64,000 nt of DNA from Candidatus Kaelpia aquatica (GTDB lineage Bacteria > Omnitrophota > Gorgyraeia > Kaelpiales > Kaelpiaceae). Location of the stretch: NCBI GenBank assembly GCA_030765335.1, contig JAVCCU010000025.1, positions 6,784-70,783 on the forward strand. Direction: 5' to 3'. Positions 38,091 to 47,213 of the stretch are shown here, piece by piece. Numbering within the stretch: the first letter of the stretch is position 1; each line of letters opens with the position of its first letter. Below the pieces are notes generated by a model. That model saw nothing but the letters and a program-made list of their open reading frames with translations, made no database searches and was not told where the DNA came from. The position numbers were made by a program, and so were the translations under genes.

Positions 38091-39383
38091 ATGCGTGACC
38101 TTAAGAGATTAATTTTAAAAAAAGATGCGCTAATTTCTATTATAGGGCTTGGCTATGTAGGTTTGCCTTTAGCTGTTGAGTTTGCAAAGAAGGGCTACAA
38201 TGTTTGCGGAATAGATATAGATAAAGAGAGAGTTAAAAGTATAAATAGAGGCAAGTCCTATTTAGTAGATGTAGATGATAAAATTCTCAAAACTTTAGTT
38301 AAAGAGAAGAGATTAAAAGCCGGGATTAGCTATAATGTTATTGCTAAGTCCGATGCTGTAATTATATCTGTACCTACCCCTTTAAGGAAGACCCAGGAGC
38401 CCGATATATCTTATGTTATAGCTGCTGCTGAGGAACTCAAAAAATATCTTAAGAAGAATACAATTGTTGTCTTAGAGAGCACAACTTATCCTGGAACAAC
38501 GGAGGAGATAATACTGCCTCTGCTCTCTAAGGGAGGCCTAAAGGTAGGGCGCGATTTCTACTTGGCTTTCTCTCCTGAGCGAATAGACCCGGCAAATAAG
38601 AGATATAATACGAAGAATATTCCAAAAGTTGTAGGGGGCTGCACCAAGAGATGTCTTGAAGTTAGTAAGGTGTTGTATGCTCAAGTTGTAGGAGAGGTTG
38701 TAGCTGTATCTTCTCCCAGAGTTGCTGAGATGGTTAAACTCCTAGAGAACTCTTTTAGGGCTGTAAATATAGCCTTAGCTAATGAGGCGGCTTTAATATG
38801 TCAAAGAATGGGAATAGATGTTTGGGAAGTTATAAAGGCAGCAGAGAGTAAGCCTTTTGGTTACATGCCTTTTTATCCCGGACCTGGTATCGGGGGCCAT
38901 TGCATACCGGCAGACCCGATGTATCTTGTCTGGAAATCACGGCTCTCTGGATATGAGCCGGATCTTATCCGCACAGCTCATAAGATAAACTCTAGTATGC
39001 CTCAGCATATTTTAAAGCTAGTCAAGGATGCACTTAAAGAAAGAAAGATAGCCCTAAAGTCTGCTAAAGTATTGATTGTAGGTGTAAGCTATAAGGCAGA
39101 TGTTAATGATATCAGGGAGTCTCCTGCTATAGAGATTATGCGGTTACTTGATAAGAGTAAGGTTAAAGTTGAATTCTATGATCCATTAGTGAAAGAGCTG
39201 AAATTAAAGAGTAAGAAACAAAAGTCCATTAATTTAAATACAAAAAAAATAGCAGAGCAAGACGCAGTAATTATTGCTACGGTTCACAGCTCGCTAGATT
39301 ATAATATTTTCAAAAAGGCAACTCTTCTTGTAGATACAAGAGGAGTGATAAAGTGGAAAGGTAAAAATCTAATTAGGATATAA
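38091..39383 (+). CDS. UDP-sugar (UDP-GlcNAc/ManNAc-type) 6-dehydrogenase
   Basis: 430 aa. N-terminal Rossmann GLGYVGLPLA and catalytic Cys region GGHCIP; WecC/WbpA-like. Confidence 0.85.
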   Translation: MRDLKRLILKKDALISIIGLGYVGLPLAVEFAKKGYNVCGIDIDKERVKSINRGKSYLVDVDDKILKTLVKEKRLKAGISYNVIAKSDAVIISVPTPLRKTQEPDISYVIAAAEELKKYLKKNTIVVLESTTYPGTTEEIILPLLSKGGLKVGRDFYLAFSPERIDPANKRYNTKNIPKVVGGCTKRCLEVSKVLYAQVVGEVVAVSSPRVAEMVKLLENSFRAVNIALANEAALICQRMGIDVWEVIKAAESKPFGYMPFYPGPGIGGHCIPADPMYLVWKSRLSGYEPDLIRTAHKINSSMPQHILKLVKDALKERKIALKSAKVLIVGVSYKADVNDIRESPAIEIMRLLDKSKVKVEFYDPLVKELKLKSKKQKSINLNTKKIAEQDAVIIATVHSSLDYNIFKKATLLVDTRGVIKWKGKNLIRI

Positions 39384-39384
39384 A

Positions 39385-40323
39385 ATGGCAAATTGGTTAG
39401 TTACAGGCGGCGCTGGATTTATAGGTTCTAGTATTGTAGAAGAGCTCTTAAAGCGGGGAGAGAGCGTTAAGGTCTTCGATAATTTTTCTACTGGAAAAAG
39501 AGAGAATCTCGTTTTCTCTAGCGATAATATCTCTGAAGTTATAGAAGGAGATATCAGGAATGTAGATTTACTTAAGAGTGCTTTTAAGGGAGTAGATTAT
39601 GTATTACACCAAGCAGCTATGCGCTCAGTGCCTAAATCTTTTCATAACCCAGGAGAGTATGACGAAGTCAATGTTAAGGGCACTATGAATGTTTTACTTA
39701 CAGCTAAAGAGACTGGTGTTAAGCGTGTTGTCTTCGCATCTTCTAGCTCTGTCTATGGAGAGAGAGAAGACTTACCCGAAAGAGAATCTGATCCACCCAA
39801 TCCACTCTCTATCTATGCTGCTACAAAGCTTAATGGAGAGTATTATTGTAATGTTTTCTCAAAGTTATATGGAGTTGAGACTGTTGTTTTAAGATATTTT
39901 AATGTTTTTGGTCCTAAACAGTCGCTAGAGAATAAATATGCGGTAGTAGTCCCTAAATTTATCAACTCTTTTATTAAAAATGAGTCTCCGCCTATATATG
40001 GAGATGGACTTCAAAGTAGAGATTTTACTTACATATCAAATGTTGTTAATGCAAATATTCTTGCAGCAACTACAGAAGGTGCGAGTGGTGTATTTAATAT
40101 TGCCGGAGGTGGAGCCAATACAGTTCTGGAGCTATTTGAGATTATAAAAGGTTATTTTAAAATTGAATTAAAACCTAAGTTTGAATCTTTGCGGATTGGT
40201 GACGTTAAACATACCCTTGCAGATATAACAAGGGCAAATAATATTTTAGGATATAGAGTAGGAGTTGATTTCAAAGATGGTGTTAAGAGAACTATAGAAT
40301 GGTTTAAGGAGAATACCGCATGA
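39385..40323 (+). CDS. NAD-dependent nucleotide-sugar epimerase/dehydratase (SDR)
   Basis: 312 aa. TGGAGFIGS and YxxxK (YAATKLNGE). Confidence 0.85.
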   Translation: MANWLVTGGAGFIGSSIVEELLKRGESVKVFDNFSTGKRENLVFSSDNISEVIEGDIRNVDLLKSAFKGVDYVLHQAAMRSVPKSFHNPGEYDEVNVKGTMNVLLTAKETGVKRVVFASSSSVYGEREDLPERESDPPNPLSIYAATKLNGEYYCNVFSKLYGVETVVLRYFNVFGPKQSLENKYAVVVPKFINSFIKNESPPIYGDGLQSRDFTYISNVVNANILAATTEGASGVFNIAGGGANTVLELFEIIKGYFKIELKPKFESLRIGDVKHTLADITRANNILGYRVGVDFKDGVKRTIEWFKENTA

Positions 40324-41261
40324 AAAGGGCTGTTGTTACTGGAGGTTGCGGTTTCTTAGCATCGTACCTATGCCAGAAACTAATTGAAGATGAATTTGAA
40401 GTAATAGCCGTTGATAATCTTATTACCGGGGATTTGAAAAATATAGAACAGATAAGCTCTAATCCTAGTTTTAAGCATATAAAACATGATGTCTCTAAGT
40501 ATATAGATATTCCAGGCGAAGTTGACTGGGTATTCCATTTTGCTTCTCCGGCATCTCCGATAGATTATTTGAATTATCCTATTCAGACTCTTAAAGTCGG
40601 AGCATTAGGTACTCATAATACTTTAGGTTTGGCTAAAGATAAGGGTGCAAAATATATGCTTGCTTCAACTTCAGAAGTTTATGGCGACCCGCTTGTAAAT
40701 CCCCAGCCTGAAGATTACTGGGGCAATGTTAATCCTATCGGGCCTAGAGGGGTCTACGATGAGGCCAAAAGGTTTGCCGAATCTATGGTTATGGCCTACA
40801 GCAGAGTGCATGGTATGGATACCAGGATTATAAGAATATTTAATACCTATGGCCCTAAGATGAGATATGATGACGGCAGGGTTGTACCTAATTTTATCGC
40901 TCAGGCATTGAGAGGGGAAGATTTGAGCATCTTTGGTGACGGAGCTCAGACTCGCTCATTTTGTTATGTGGATGATCTAATAAGAGGCATTTTAGCTCTT
41001 ATGAAAGTTAAAGAGCATGAGCCTGTTAATTTGGGAAATTCCCGGGAGCTGAAGGTCATAGAATTGGCTGACATTATTCTGGATATTACAAAGAGTAAGA
41101 GTAAGAAAATATTCTTACCCCTTCCTCAGGATGATCCTAAATTAAGAAGGCCTGATACAGCTAAAGCAAAGAGGTTACTTGATTGGAAAGCAGAAGTATC
41201 TTTAGAGGAAGGACTTGCTAAAACCATAGAATATTTTAAAGAAAGACTTTCTCTTGATTAA
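40320..41261 (+). CDS. UDP-glucuronate decarboxylase-like (UXS family) SDR
   Basis: 313 aa. [13 protein letters not shown]-terminus and YDEAKRFAE, typical of UXS/ArnA-decarboxylase-like enzymes. Confidence 0.8.
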   Translation: MKRAVVTGGCGFLASYLCQKLIEDEFEVIAVDNLITGDLKNIEQISSNPSFKHIKHDVSKYIDIPGEVDWVFHFASPASPIDYLNYPIQTLKVGALGTHNTLGLAKDKGAKYMLASTSEVYGDPLVNPQPEDYWGNVNPIGPRGVYDEAKRFAESMVMAYSRVHGMDTRIIRIFNTYGPKMRYDDGRVVPNFIAQALRGEDLSIFGDGAQTRSFCYVDDLIRGILALMKVKEHEPVNLGNSRELKVIELADIILDITKSKSKKIFLPLPQDDPKLRRPDTAKAKRLLDWKAEVSLEEGLAKTIEYFKERLSLD

Positions 41262-42519
41262 CAAAATTAAAGGAGTATTCAAAAAACAGCAGCTCTATTC
41301 CCAGGCGACGATTCTATTTTTAGCTGCTTCTTTGGGCAATCTCTTTAGTCTATTGTATCATTTTTTTATGGTCCGGGCGCTTAGCCCTCAGGATTATGGT
41401 GTTATGAGCACTCTTTTTGCCTGCACCGCGTTTTTTGCTATGCCTACAGGAAATATTCAAATTACGCTTACCCGTTTTATAGCACGCTATCACGGTATGG
41501 GCTCTAAATCAGCAATAGTAAGGCTGCTTAAAGGTATCTCAGGAAGAATATTTCTTTTAGGTGCTATTGTTGCAGCGGTGATATTTATAGGTGCACAATC
41601 TATAGCTAACTATCTGCATATAGATAGTCTTATGCCAGTCTACAGTATGGCAGGTGTGGTTGTGGCCAGCTTATTATTGCCAGTTACTATGGCAGGCTTG
41701 CAAGGCTTGCAGCATTTTTTCTCTTTAGGTTTGAGTATGATCTGTATGAATCTAGGAAAACTTATATTGGCCGTTGTTTTTGTTTGGCTAGGTTTTGGTG
41801 TAACCGGAGCTTTAAGCTCTTTAACTGCAGGAGTGCTTATAGGCGCTATTATTGCTTTCGCGATTTTAAAAATCTCTATCAGAAATCTGAATTTCAAAAA
41901 AGATACTAATATAGACGTTAATTTCAGAGAGATATATCTTTATATTTTACCAGTTAGTCTTGCAACGCTATCTTTTGTGATGTTGACTCATTTAGACCTT
42001 ATCCTTGTTAAACATTTCTTTACCCCCCTTGAAGCAGGGTATTACTCTATAGCGCAGATGATAGGCAAGATGGTGCTATTTCTTCCGTCGGCGATATGTA
42101 TGGTTATGCTGCCAAAGGTTGCAAGCTCTCATGCTAAAGAAGAAGAGACGATAAGCCATCTTAAACACTCTACTATTTACATAGCAGCACTTGTTATCTT
42201 TGCGGCCTCTGTGATTATAGTATTTCCGGAACATATGGTAAAATTATTTACAGGTAAGGCTTATCCTCAGTGCTACAATTTAGTAAGACTCTTTGCTATA
42301 AGTATGGGGTTTTTTGCCATATGTTTTAATTTCCTGCTCTACTATTTATCTTTAAACAGGATAAAGCTTATGACCCCCTTCCTTATCGTATTGGTTTTAG
42401 AAGCGAGTTTAATATATTTATGGCATAATAGTCTTAGTCAGATATTGGGTATTGTTATAAGCGCTGCTGTTGTACTATTTTTAGCAAATATAATAATAAT
42501 TAAGAAAAATTTTACTTAA
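41254..42519 (+). CDS. polysaccharide biosynthesis protein / Wzx-like flippase (MOP superfamily)
   Basis: 421 aa with about 12 predicted TM helices. Sits in the context of sugar-nucleotide genes. Confidence 0.7.
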   Translation: MINKIKGVFKKQQLYSQATILFLAASLGNLFSLLYHFFMVRALSPQDYGVMSTLFACTAFFAMPTGNIQITLTRFIARYHGMGSKSAIVRLLKGISGRIFLLGAIVAAVIFIGAQSIANYLHIDSLMPVYSMAGVVVASLLLPVTMAGLQGLQHFFSLGLSMICMNLGKLILAVVFVWLGFGVTGALSSLTAGVLIGAIIAFAILKISIRNLNFKKDTNIDVNFREIYLYILPVSLATLSFVMLTHLDLILVKHFFTPLEAGYYSIAQMIGKMVLFLPSAICMVMLPKVASSHAKEEETISHLKHSTIYIAALVIFAASVIIVFPEHMVKLFTGKAYPQCYNLVRLFAISMGFFAICFNFLLYYLSLNRIKLMTPFLIVLVLEASLIYLWHNSLSQILGIVISAAVVLFLANIIIIKKNFT

Positions 42520-42587
42520 TTAAGTTGACTTAAAATAACTTTTCAAGTAAATTATTAACACTTAAGCAGAAATAAGGAGGTGTTTAG

Positions 42588-42881
42588 ATGGTAAAGTTTG
42601 TTGTGTTGATTTTAGGAGTTCTTTTTGCAGTATTGGGTGTCATAGGAGTAGTTGCTTGGTGGCCGAATTTTCTTATAGTATTAAAAGGTGGAGGCTGTCC
42701 TTTCTTGGCTTTCATTGGTGCTATTATGGCAATAGCTGCGGTAGGTGAAATTAGAGATGCTATAGCTAGAAAGAGAGAGGAAGAGAAAGAGCCTCAGGAA
42801 GAATCAAAGCCAGAAGCAGCTGAAACTCAAGAAGTGACAGAGCAGCAGGAAGCACCCCAAGAAGAGCCCAAACAAGAGTAG
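42588..42881 (+). CDS. small membrane protein with E/Q/P-rich acidic C-terminal tail
   Basis: 97 aa. Two N-terminal hydrophobic helices then EEKEPQEESKPEAAETQEVTEQQEAPQEEPKQE. Strong RBS AAGGAGG upstream. Confidence 0.5.
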   Translation: MVKFVVLILGVLFAVLGVIGVVAWWPNFLIVLKGGGCPFLAFIGAIMAIAAVGEIRDAIARKREEEKEPQEESKPEAAETQEVTEQQEAPQEEPKQE

Positions 42882-42902
42882 GTTAATTAAGATATGTTTT
42901 AC

Positions 42903-42936
42903 AGGGGGGTAATTTTAAACCCCCCTTTTTTATTTT
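42903..42936 (+). terminator. rho-independent terminator
   Basis: GGGGGGT-AATTTTAA-ACCCCCC stem-loop followed by TTTTTTATTTTT. Confidence 0.75.
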
Positions 42937-42942
42937 TATACT

Positions 42943-44352
42943 ATGAAAGTAGTAATCAAACACATAGAAGATCTTTATCAATTCTTAGATAACTCCGAGA
43001 TTTATCTGGTGGGTGGATTTTTGCGAGATCTAATCTTAGGCAAGAAAAGAGATTCTCTTGATTTTGATTTTGCCTCTTCAGGCGATGTTAAGTTAATATC
43101 TAAAAAGTTTGCAGAAAGTATAGGCGGGAGCTGGGTTAGCCTCGATGATTTTAATCGAATCTATAGGGTGGTAGTAAGAGAAGATCCTGTAGTTCAGTAT
43201 GACTTCTCTACCTTAAGAGGAGACGGCATAGAGGAGGATCTAAAGAGCAGAGATTATACTATCAATGCCCTAGGTCTTAAGGTAGAAAAAAAAGATCTAG
43301 ACACTAAAAATTTAATAGACCCTTGCGGGGGCTTGGATGACTTGGATAAAAAGATAGTTCGGGTTATTTCTGAAGATAATCTGCTATCTGACCCTCTAAG
43401 GATCTTGAGAGGGATGAGTATTGCTAGCTATCTTGACTTTGCTATTGAACCTCTAAGCTATGCATTGCTAAAGAAACATTCTGGTCTTATTAAAAGTATT
43501 GCCGGGGAGCGGATAAGCTTTGAGCTTTTTAGACTCTTTAAGGGCAGTTCTTCTTATAAACACGTTCAGACATTACATGAACTCGGGGTTTTAAGTATTA
43601 TATTGCCAGGTTGGGCAGGATTATCTAGTCCGGATCCCGGTCCCTACCATCATCTTCCGGTAGATCTTCACTCTATAGAGAGCTTAAAGCAGTTTGAGTC
43701 TTTGCTTGAATATTTAGCTGATAACTCAAGAGTTCAAGATTATTTAAATGAAAAGATAAGAGAGAATCGAAGAAGAGTTGAGATTTTAAAACTTGCAATC
43801 TTACTACATGATATCGGTAAAGGCCCTGCTTATTTTATAGACAGTGATGACAAGATAAGATTTACCGGCCATGAGAAGCTAGGCAGAGAGATGGTTGATG
43901 AAGTGGCTCTTAAGCTTAAGCTCTCTAAGAAAGAATCTACAATGATATCCGATATGGTTTATTATCATTTAAGGCCAGGCTGTCTTATTGAGTGTATCCA
44001 TGAATCTAAAAAAGCGAAATTCAGGTATTTTAGAGATACAGCTTCTGAAGCTGCTTCAGTTATGCTGCTCTCTATAGCAGACAAGAGTGCTACTTGCGGA
44101 GAGTTGTCCGACTTAGATGATATAGCTAACCATAAAGAGGTTTTGTTGGATCTAATTGAAGAGTATTTTGATAAAGGTGAGGAGATAATACCGCCTAAAC
44201 TGATAGACGGCAATGATGTAATGGAGGCCTTAAAAATAGAGCCGTCTAGAAAAGTAGGCCAGATTTTAAAAGAGATTCAAGAGAGACAGGCATTAGGGGA
44301 AATCAAAACCCGCGAAGATGCAATAGGGTATATAGGTAATATCAAGCCTTAA
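42943..44352 (+). CDS. cca: CCA-adding tRNA nucleotidyltransferase with HD domain
   Basis: 469 aa. Pol-beta NT head (LVGGFLRDLILG, DFDFAS) and C-terminal HD (LHDIGKG). Confidence 0.8.
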   Translation: MKVVIKHIEDLYQFLDNSEIYLVGGFLRDLILGKKRDSLDFDFASSGDVKLISKKFAESIGGSWVSLDDFNRIYRVVVREDPVVQYDFSTLRGDGIEEDLKSRDYTINALGLKVEKKDLDTKNLIDPCGGLDDLDKKIVRVISEDNLLSDPLRILRGMSIASYLDFAIEPLSYALLKKHSGLIKSIAGERISFELFRLFKGSSSYKHVQTLHELGVLSIILPGWAGLSSPDPGPYHHLPVDLHSIESLKQFESLLEYLADNSRVQDYLNEKIRENRRRVEILKLAILLHDIGKGPAYFIDSDDKIRFTGHEKLGREMVDEVALKLKLSKKESTMISDMVYYHLRPGCLIECIHESKKAKFRYFRDTASEAASVMLLSIADKSATCGELSDLDDIANHKEVLLDLIEEYFDKGEEIIPPKLIDGNDVMEALKIEPSRKVGQILKEIQERQALGEIKTREDAIGYIGNIKP

Positions 44353-44412
44353 ATTTGACGTATATCTAGACGTGTGGTATCTTTGATGTAAGGGAAGGGG
44401 CAAAAATCTATT

Positions 44413-44685
44413 ATGAAAAAGCGTATTTTATTTATTATGTTACTGCTTTTTTTATCTAGTATCTCATTGGATGAATTTCAGAATATTCCGCTGAATTGTT
44501 TCAGGAGATTGAGGGCAGATGGTAATATTAATTTTTATCAGATAGTCCAAAATATCTTAATGGATTTAGAAGGAAGAATTACAAATGTGGACAAGGTTGT
44601 TGTATTTGATGAGCTTCGTTACGGAGTCCATGGTGGTATTTCCTGGAAGACATTGCAAATATGTTTACTGATGAAAATCAAGTGA
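44413..44685 (+). CDS. hypothetical signal-peptide ORF, possibly the 5' part of a frameshifted gene continuing at 44661-45323
   Basis: 90 aa. Signal peptide MKKRILFIMLLLFLSSISL. The downstream ORF in another frame opens right after a stop at 44610-12. Confidence 0.35.
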   Translation: MKKRILFIMLLLFLSSISLDEFQNIPLNCFRRLRADGNINFYQIVQNILMDLEGRITNVDKVVVFDELRYGVHGGISWKTLQICLLMKIK

Positions 44686-45323
44686 TACGTGTAACCAATG
44701 TACCTGTAGATGAGAGTGGAATGATTGCATATCAAACGAATAGTAGTTTGGGGGTGATGTTTCCTGGTCAATTCCGAGTCTGTATAGGTGAAGAATATGC
44801 AAATAAAAGAGCAGATGTATTGTTTTCCAAAGACCAGGGTAATAGCATGGTAGTGTTGCGAGTTGAAATAGATGGACAAATTATTATTGATGAGACGATG
44901 GTTTCATATCTTGTGAATGAAAATGGAATCGAACTTTATGCCCCATCGTGCAGCAATAATGTATTTGGGGTAGAGCCTTTTCAGGATTATTTTTACTTTA
45001 GGTCTAGGAGTTCTGAAGGCGATAATGCCTTGTATATTGTAAATCAGCGTCTTTCTACCAAAGGGGGATTCATTCTTTTCAGTAGAACTTATGAGGAAAT
45101 ACTTTCAGATCAACTTGCTAATGCCGTTGTGGTTGTTAAGGTTGAGCGAGAATCGCAATCCGAGCATGATTTTATAGTTTCGGTGATCGTTGTTGAAGAT
45201 AAGGAAGGTAGGCCTATTTTTGATAAATTCGGCAAATCGATTGTATATCATTTCCGGGGTGTTTTAGAAAGAGATCGGTTTCTGAGCTACTCTCTGGAAT
45301 TAATCAAGGGGTCTGAGTTATAA
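44661..45323 (+). CDS. hypothetical protein (possible 3' part of a frameshifted secreted protein gene)
   Basis: 220 aa with no signal peptide of its own. Overlaps the preceding ORF by 25 nt in a different frame. Confidence 0.4.
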   Translation: MFTDENQVIRVTNVPVDESGMIAYQTNSSLGVMFPGQFRVCIGEEYANKRADVLFSKDQGNSMVVLRVEIDGQIIIDETMVSYLVNENGIELYAPSCSNNVFGVEPFQDYFYFRSRSSEGDNALYIVNQRLSTKGGFILFSRTYEEILSDQLANAVVVVKVERESQSEHDFIVSVIVVEDKEGRPIFDKFGKSIVYHFRGVLERDRFLSYSLELIKGSEL

Positions 45324-45395
45324 TTTTACCAATTCTCATTGTGATATTTGCCTATACTTGCAATTTATTTATATTCCTTTTACAATTGATGGTAT

Positions 45396-45487
45396 GGAGA
45401 GGTGTGAGAGCGGCCGAATCAAAACGACTGGAAATCGTTTGACTTGAGAAATTAGGTCCCTGGGTTCAAATCCCAGCCTCTCCGCCA
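45396..45487 (+). tRNA. tRNA-Ser (anticodon GGA), CCA-encoded
   Basis: Acceptor GGAGAGG...CCTCTCC-G-CCA. Anticodon stem-loop AACGA-CTGGAAA-TCGTT gives anticodon GGA. Long variable arm. T-arm CTGGGTTCAAATCCCAG. 92 nt. Confidence 0.85.
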
Positions 45488-45521
45488 TTAATCCTTCCTC
45501 AAATATAATTTTCTTATCAAT

Positions 45522-45550
45522 TTGACTAGATGTATTTGTATGGTATAAAT
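45522..45550 (+). promoter_or_regulatory. sigma70-type promoter TTGACT-N16-TGGTATAAAT
   Basis: TTGACT at 45522-45527 and TGGTATAAAT at 45541-45550, upstream of the repeat-protein gene. Confidence 0.55.
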
Positions 45551-45579
45551 ATATTATCAATTGATAAAGAGGGGGTTAA

Positions 45580-46231
45580 TATGAAATGTAATAAGCTTAG
45601 TGTTGTTTTGGTGTGTTTTATTCTCATAGGTTCTGTTGTTTTTATTCCTGGTCATGCTTATGCCAGAAGAATAAAAGACGATAGTTCAGAACTATCAACA
45701 GAAGATTTAATTCGTATTTCTAATGCTGTTGATTATTTTATTGAACAAGACAGCATGAGAGTCGAAATGTCAACAGAAAATAGAGAAAAATATATAGATT
45801 ATCTACAGAAATGTAATCTTCAAACCTCAGAAAGGAATATACAGTTGTTTGCAAGATTGAACAAGTCATCTGTTGATGCAGGTTTTAATCTTGAACATAA
45901 TGCACCTTCTTATCCTGGAAATACATTTGATGTTCTTAAATCTCTGACAGAAACAGGCATCGTAACCGAAGATAATCTACCTCAATTAATAAATTTAGGC
46001 ATAACATCTGCTGAAGCAGGTTTTCATCCTTGGCATACGTTCAGAGCTCTTGAATTTCTGGCAAAAACAGGTATCTTAATCGAAACTAATCTACCTTAGG
46101 TAATAGATTTAGGCATAGCATCTGCTAAACTACGTCTTAAGCCTTGGGATATATTCAACGTTCTTAAATCTTTGGCAGAATTAGGTGTCTTAACAGAAGA
46201 TAATCTATCTTTGATAATTCTCAAGGATTAA
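45580..46231 (+). pseudogene. secreted tandem-repeat protein interrupted by an in-frame TAG (CAG->TAG within a repeat unit)
   Basis: Signal peptide MKCNKLSVVLVCFILIGSVVFIPGHAYA. ~35-aa repeats (…NLPQLINLGITSAEAGF…). After TAG at 46097-99 the same frame continues the repeat (VIDLGIASAKLRLKPWDIFNVLKSLAELGVLTEDNLSLIILKD) to TAA at 46229-31. TAG is a genuine stop elsewhere in the window. Confidence 0.55.
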
Positions 46232-46437
46232 TAAATAATATAGCTATACCAAATGAGTATGATCAAGTTCTTATATCTACAACTGAAGTAGCTCAATCCA
46301 ATAGGCCTCAGATACGAACAGAGATAAAACGATTAATTGCTAATAAAATTATTATTACTCAGAATGTTCAAGAAGAATTTCCTACAAACAGTATTTACGA
46401 TATAACTGAAGTAGCTCTCTACTGGGAAAAATAACCT

Positions 46438-46608
46438 TGTGCCCAAACTGTGCCCATCTTACATCAAAACATCCGTATGCAAACGTAGGCAAACGTAACC
46501 ATTCGCACTCGATAAATCCTTTACAAAGCAGTGGTTTGCAGCATAGTTTGTTGATATATAAGGAGTTAAGTGATTTAGCTTGATAGAATCCCAGCCTCTC
46601 CGCCATTG
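46438..46608 (+). repeat. islet-end repeat R1 (~170 bp) ending in an exact copy of the tRNA-Ser 3' end
   Basis: About 85% identical over ~125 bp to 48694-48820. Terminates in AATCCCAGCCTCTCCGCCATT. Confidence 0.6.
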
Positions 46609-47002
46609 TTGACGCTCAGTCGAACCCTGTTCCTCAAGAAGGAGTGGAGTTCGCTGTTTTTGGGGCTCTTTCAGTGGTAAGCTATGAACCTTGATTATCT
46701 TGATAAGAGCTTTTAGAAGGCTTATTTGAGCCTCTAGTGGGGGCGGCGAGGTGCGTTCTTTCAGCGACCTTAAAATAAAAAATCGATGTCGTGGTCGTAG
46801 GGAAAAATCGAGAAATTGCTAAAATCAGCGTAATATGTTGTATTTATTGGAGTTATAGCTATTTTAAGCGTGCTCTATAGATTCAAAATAGCCCGAAAAC
46901 CGGACATTTGCCATGTCGTATTATCGTGTTTTGGTGAGTTACAGCAAGTGTGAAGAAAGTATATTCTGGGGTAATTTTCTACACACCCAATGTAATCAAA
47001 GT

Positions 47003-47131
47003 GATAATAACAAAACCTCTTATTATCATTTAACGCCATAAGTGACAATAAAAGATTTTCTTATTACCATTTGGGGCGGCTTGCCATGTTTGAAGATAGA
47101 AATAATAATAAAAATTTTCTTATTGACATTT
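47003..47131 (+). promoter_or_regulatory. three imperfect direct repeats (core TCTTATTRNCATTT) upstream of the Fic gene, the last overlapping its -35
   Basis: 47003-47031, 47044-47072 and 47101-47131. The third contains TTGACA (47123-28) of a TTGACA-N17-TAATAT promoter (-10 at 47146-51). Confidence 0.45.
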
Positions 47132-47213
47132 AAGTGTGTAAATGATAATATATGTCCATATTCAGGTTGAATATTAATAGCGTAGGTTTGTTAAGAATAA
47201 TTAGAGGTGACAT

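Noticed and set aside
44353-44412. TTGACG-N17-TATCTT upstream of the 44413 ORF as another member of the TGGTATAAAT promoter family
   Set aside because: The -10 (TGGTATCTT) departs from the conserved decamer at key positions, so I did not count it among the recurrent promoters.
46097-46099. Possibility that TAG is recoded (sense codon) in this organism
   Set aside because: TAG terminates confidently annotated genes in the same window (uppP at 12764-66, argB at 15787-89, the secreted gene at 17408-10). A nonsense mutation or pseudogene is the simpler reading.
46382-46606. 74 aa minus-strand ORF overlapping islet repeat R1, and 69 aa ORF 48593-48802 inside repeat R2
   Set aside because: Both coincide with the non-coding ~170 bp repeats and att-like tRNA 3'-end copies. 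The two repeat copies do not conserve an ORF between them, so these are probably not genes.
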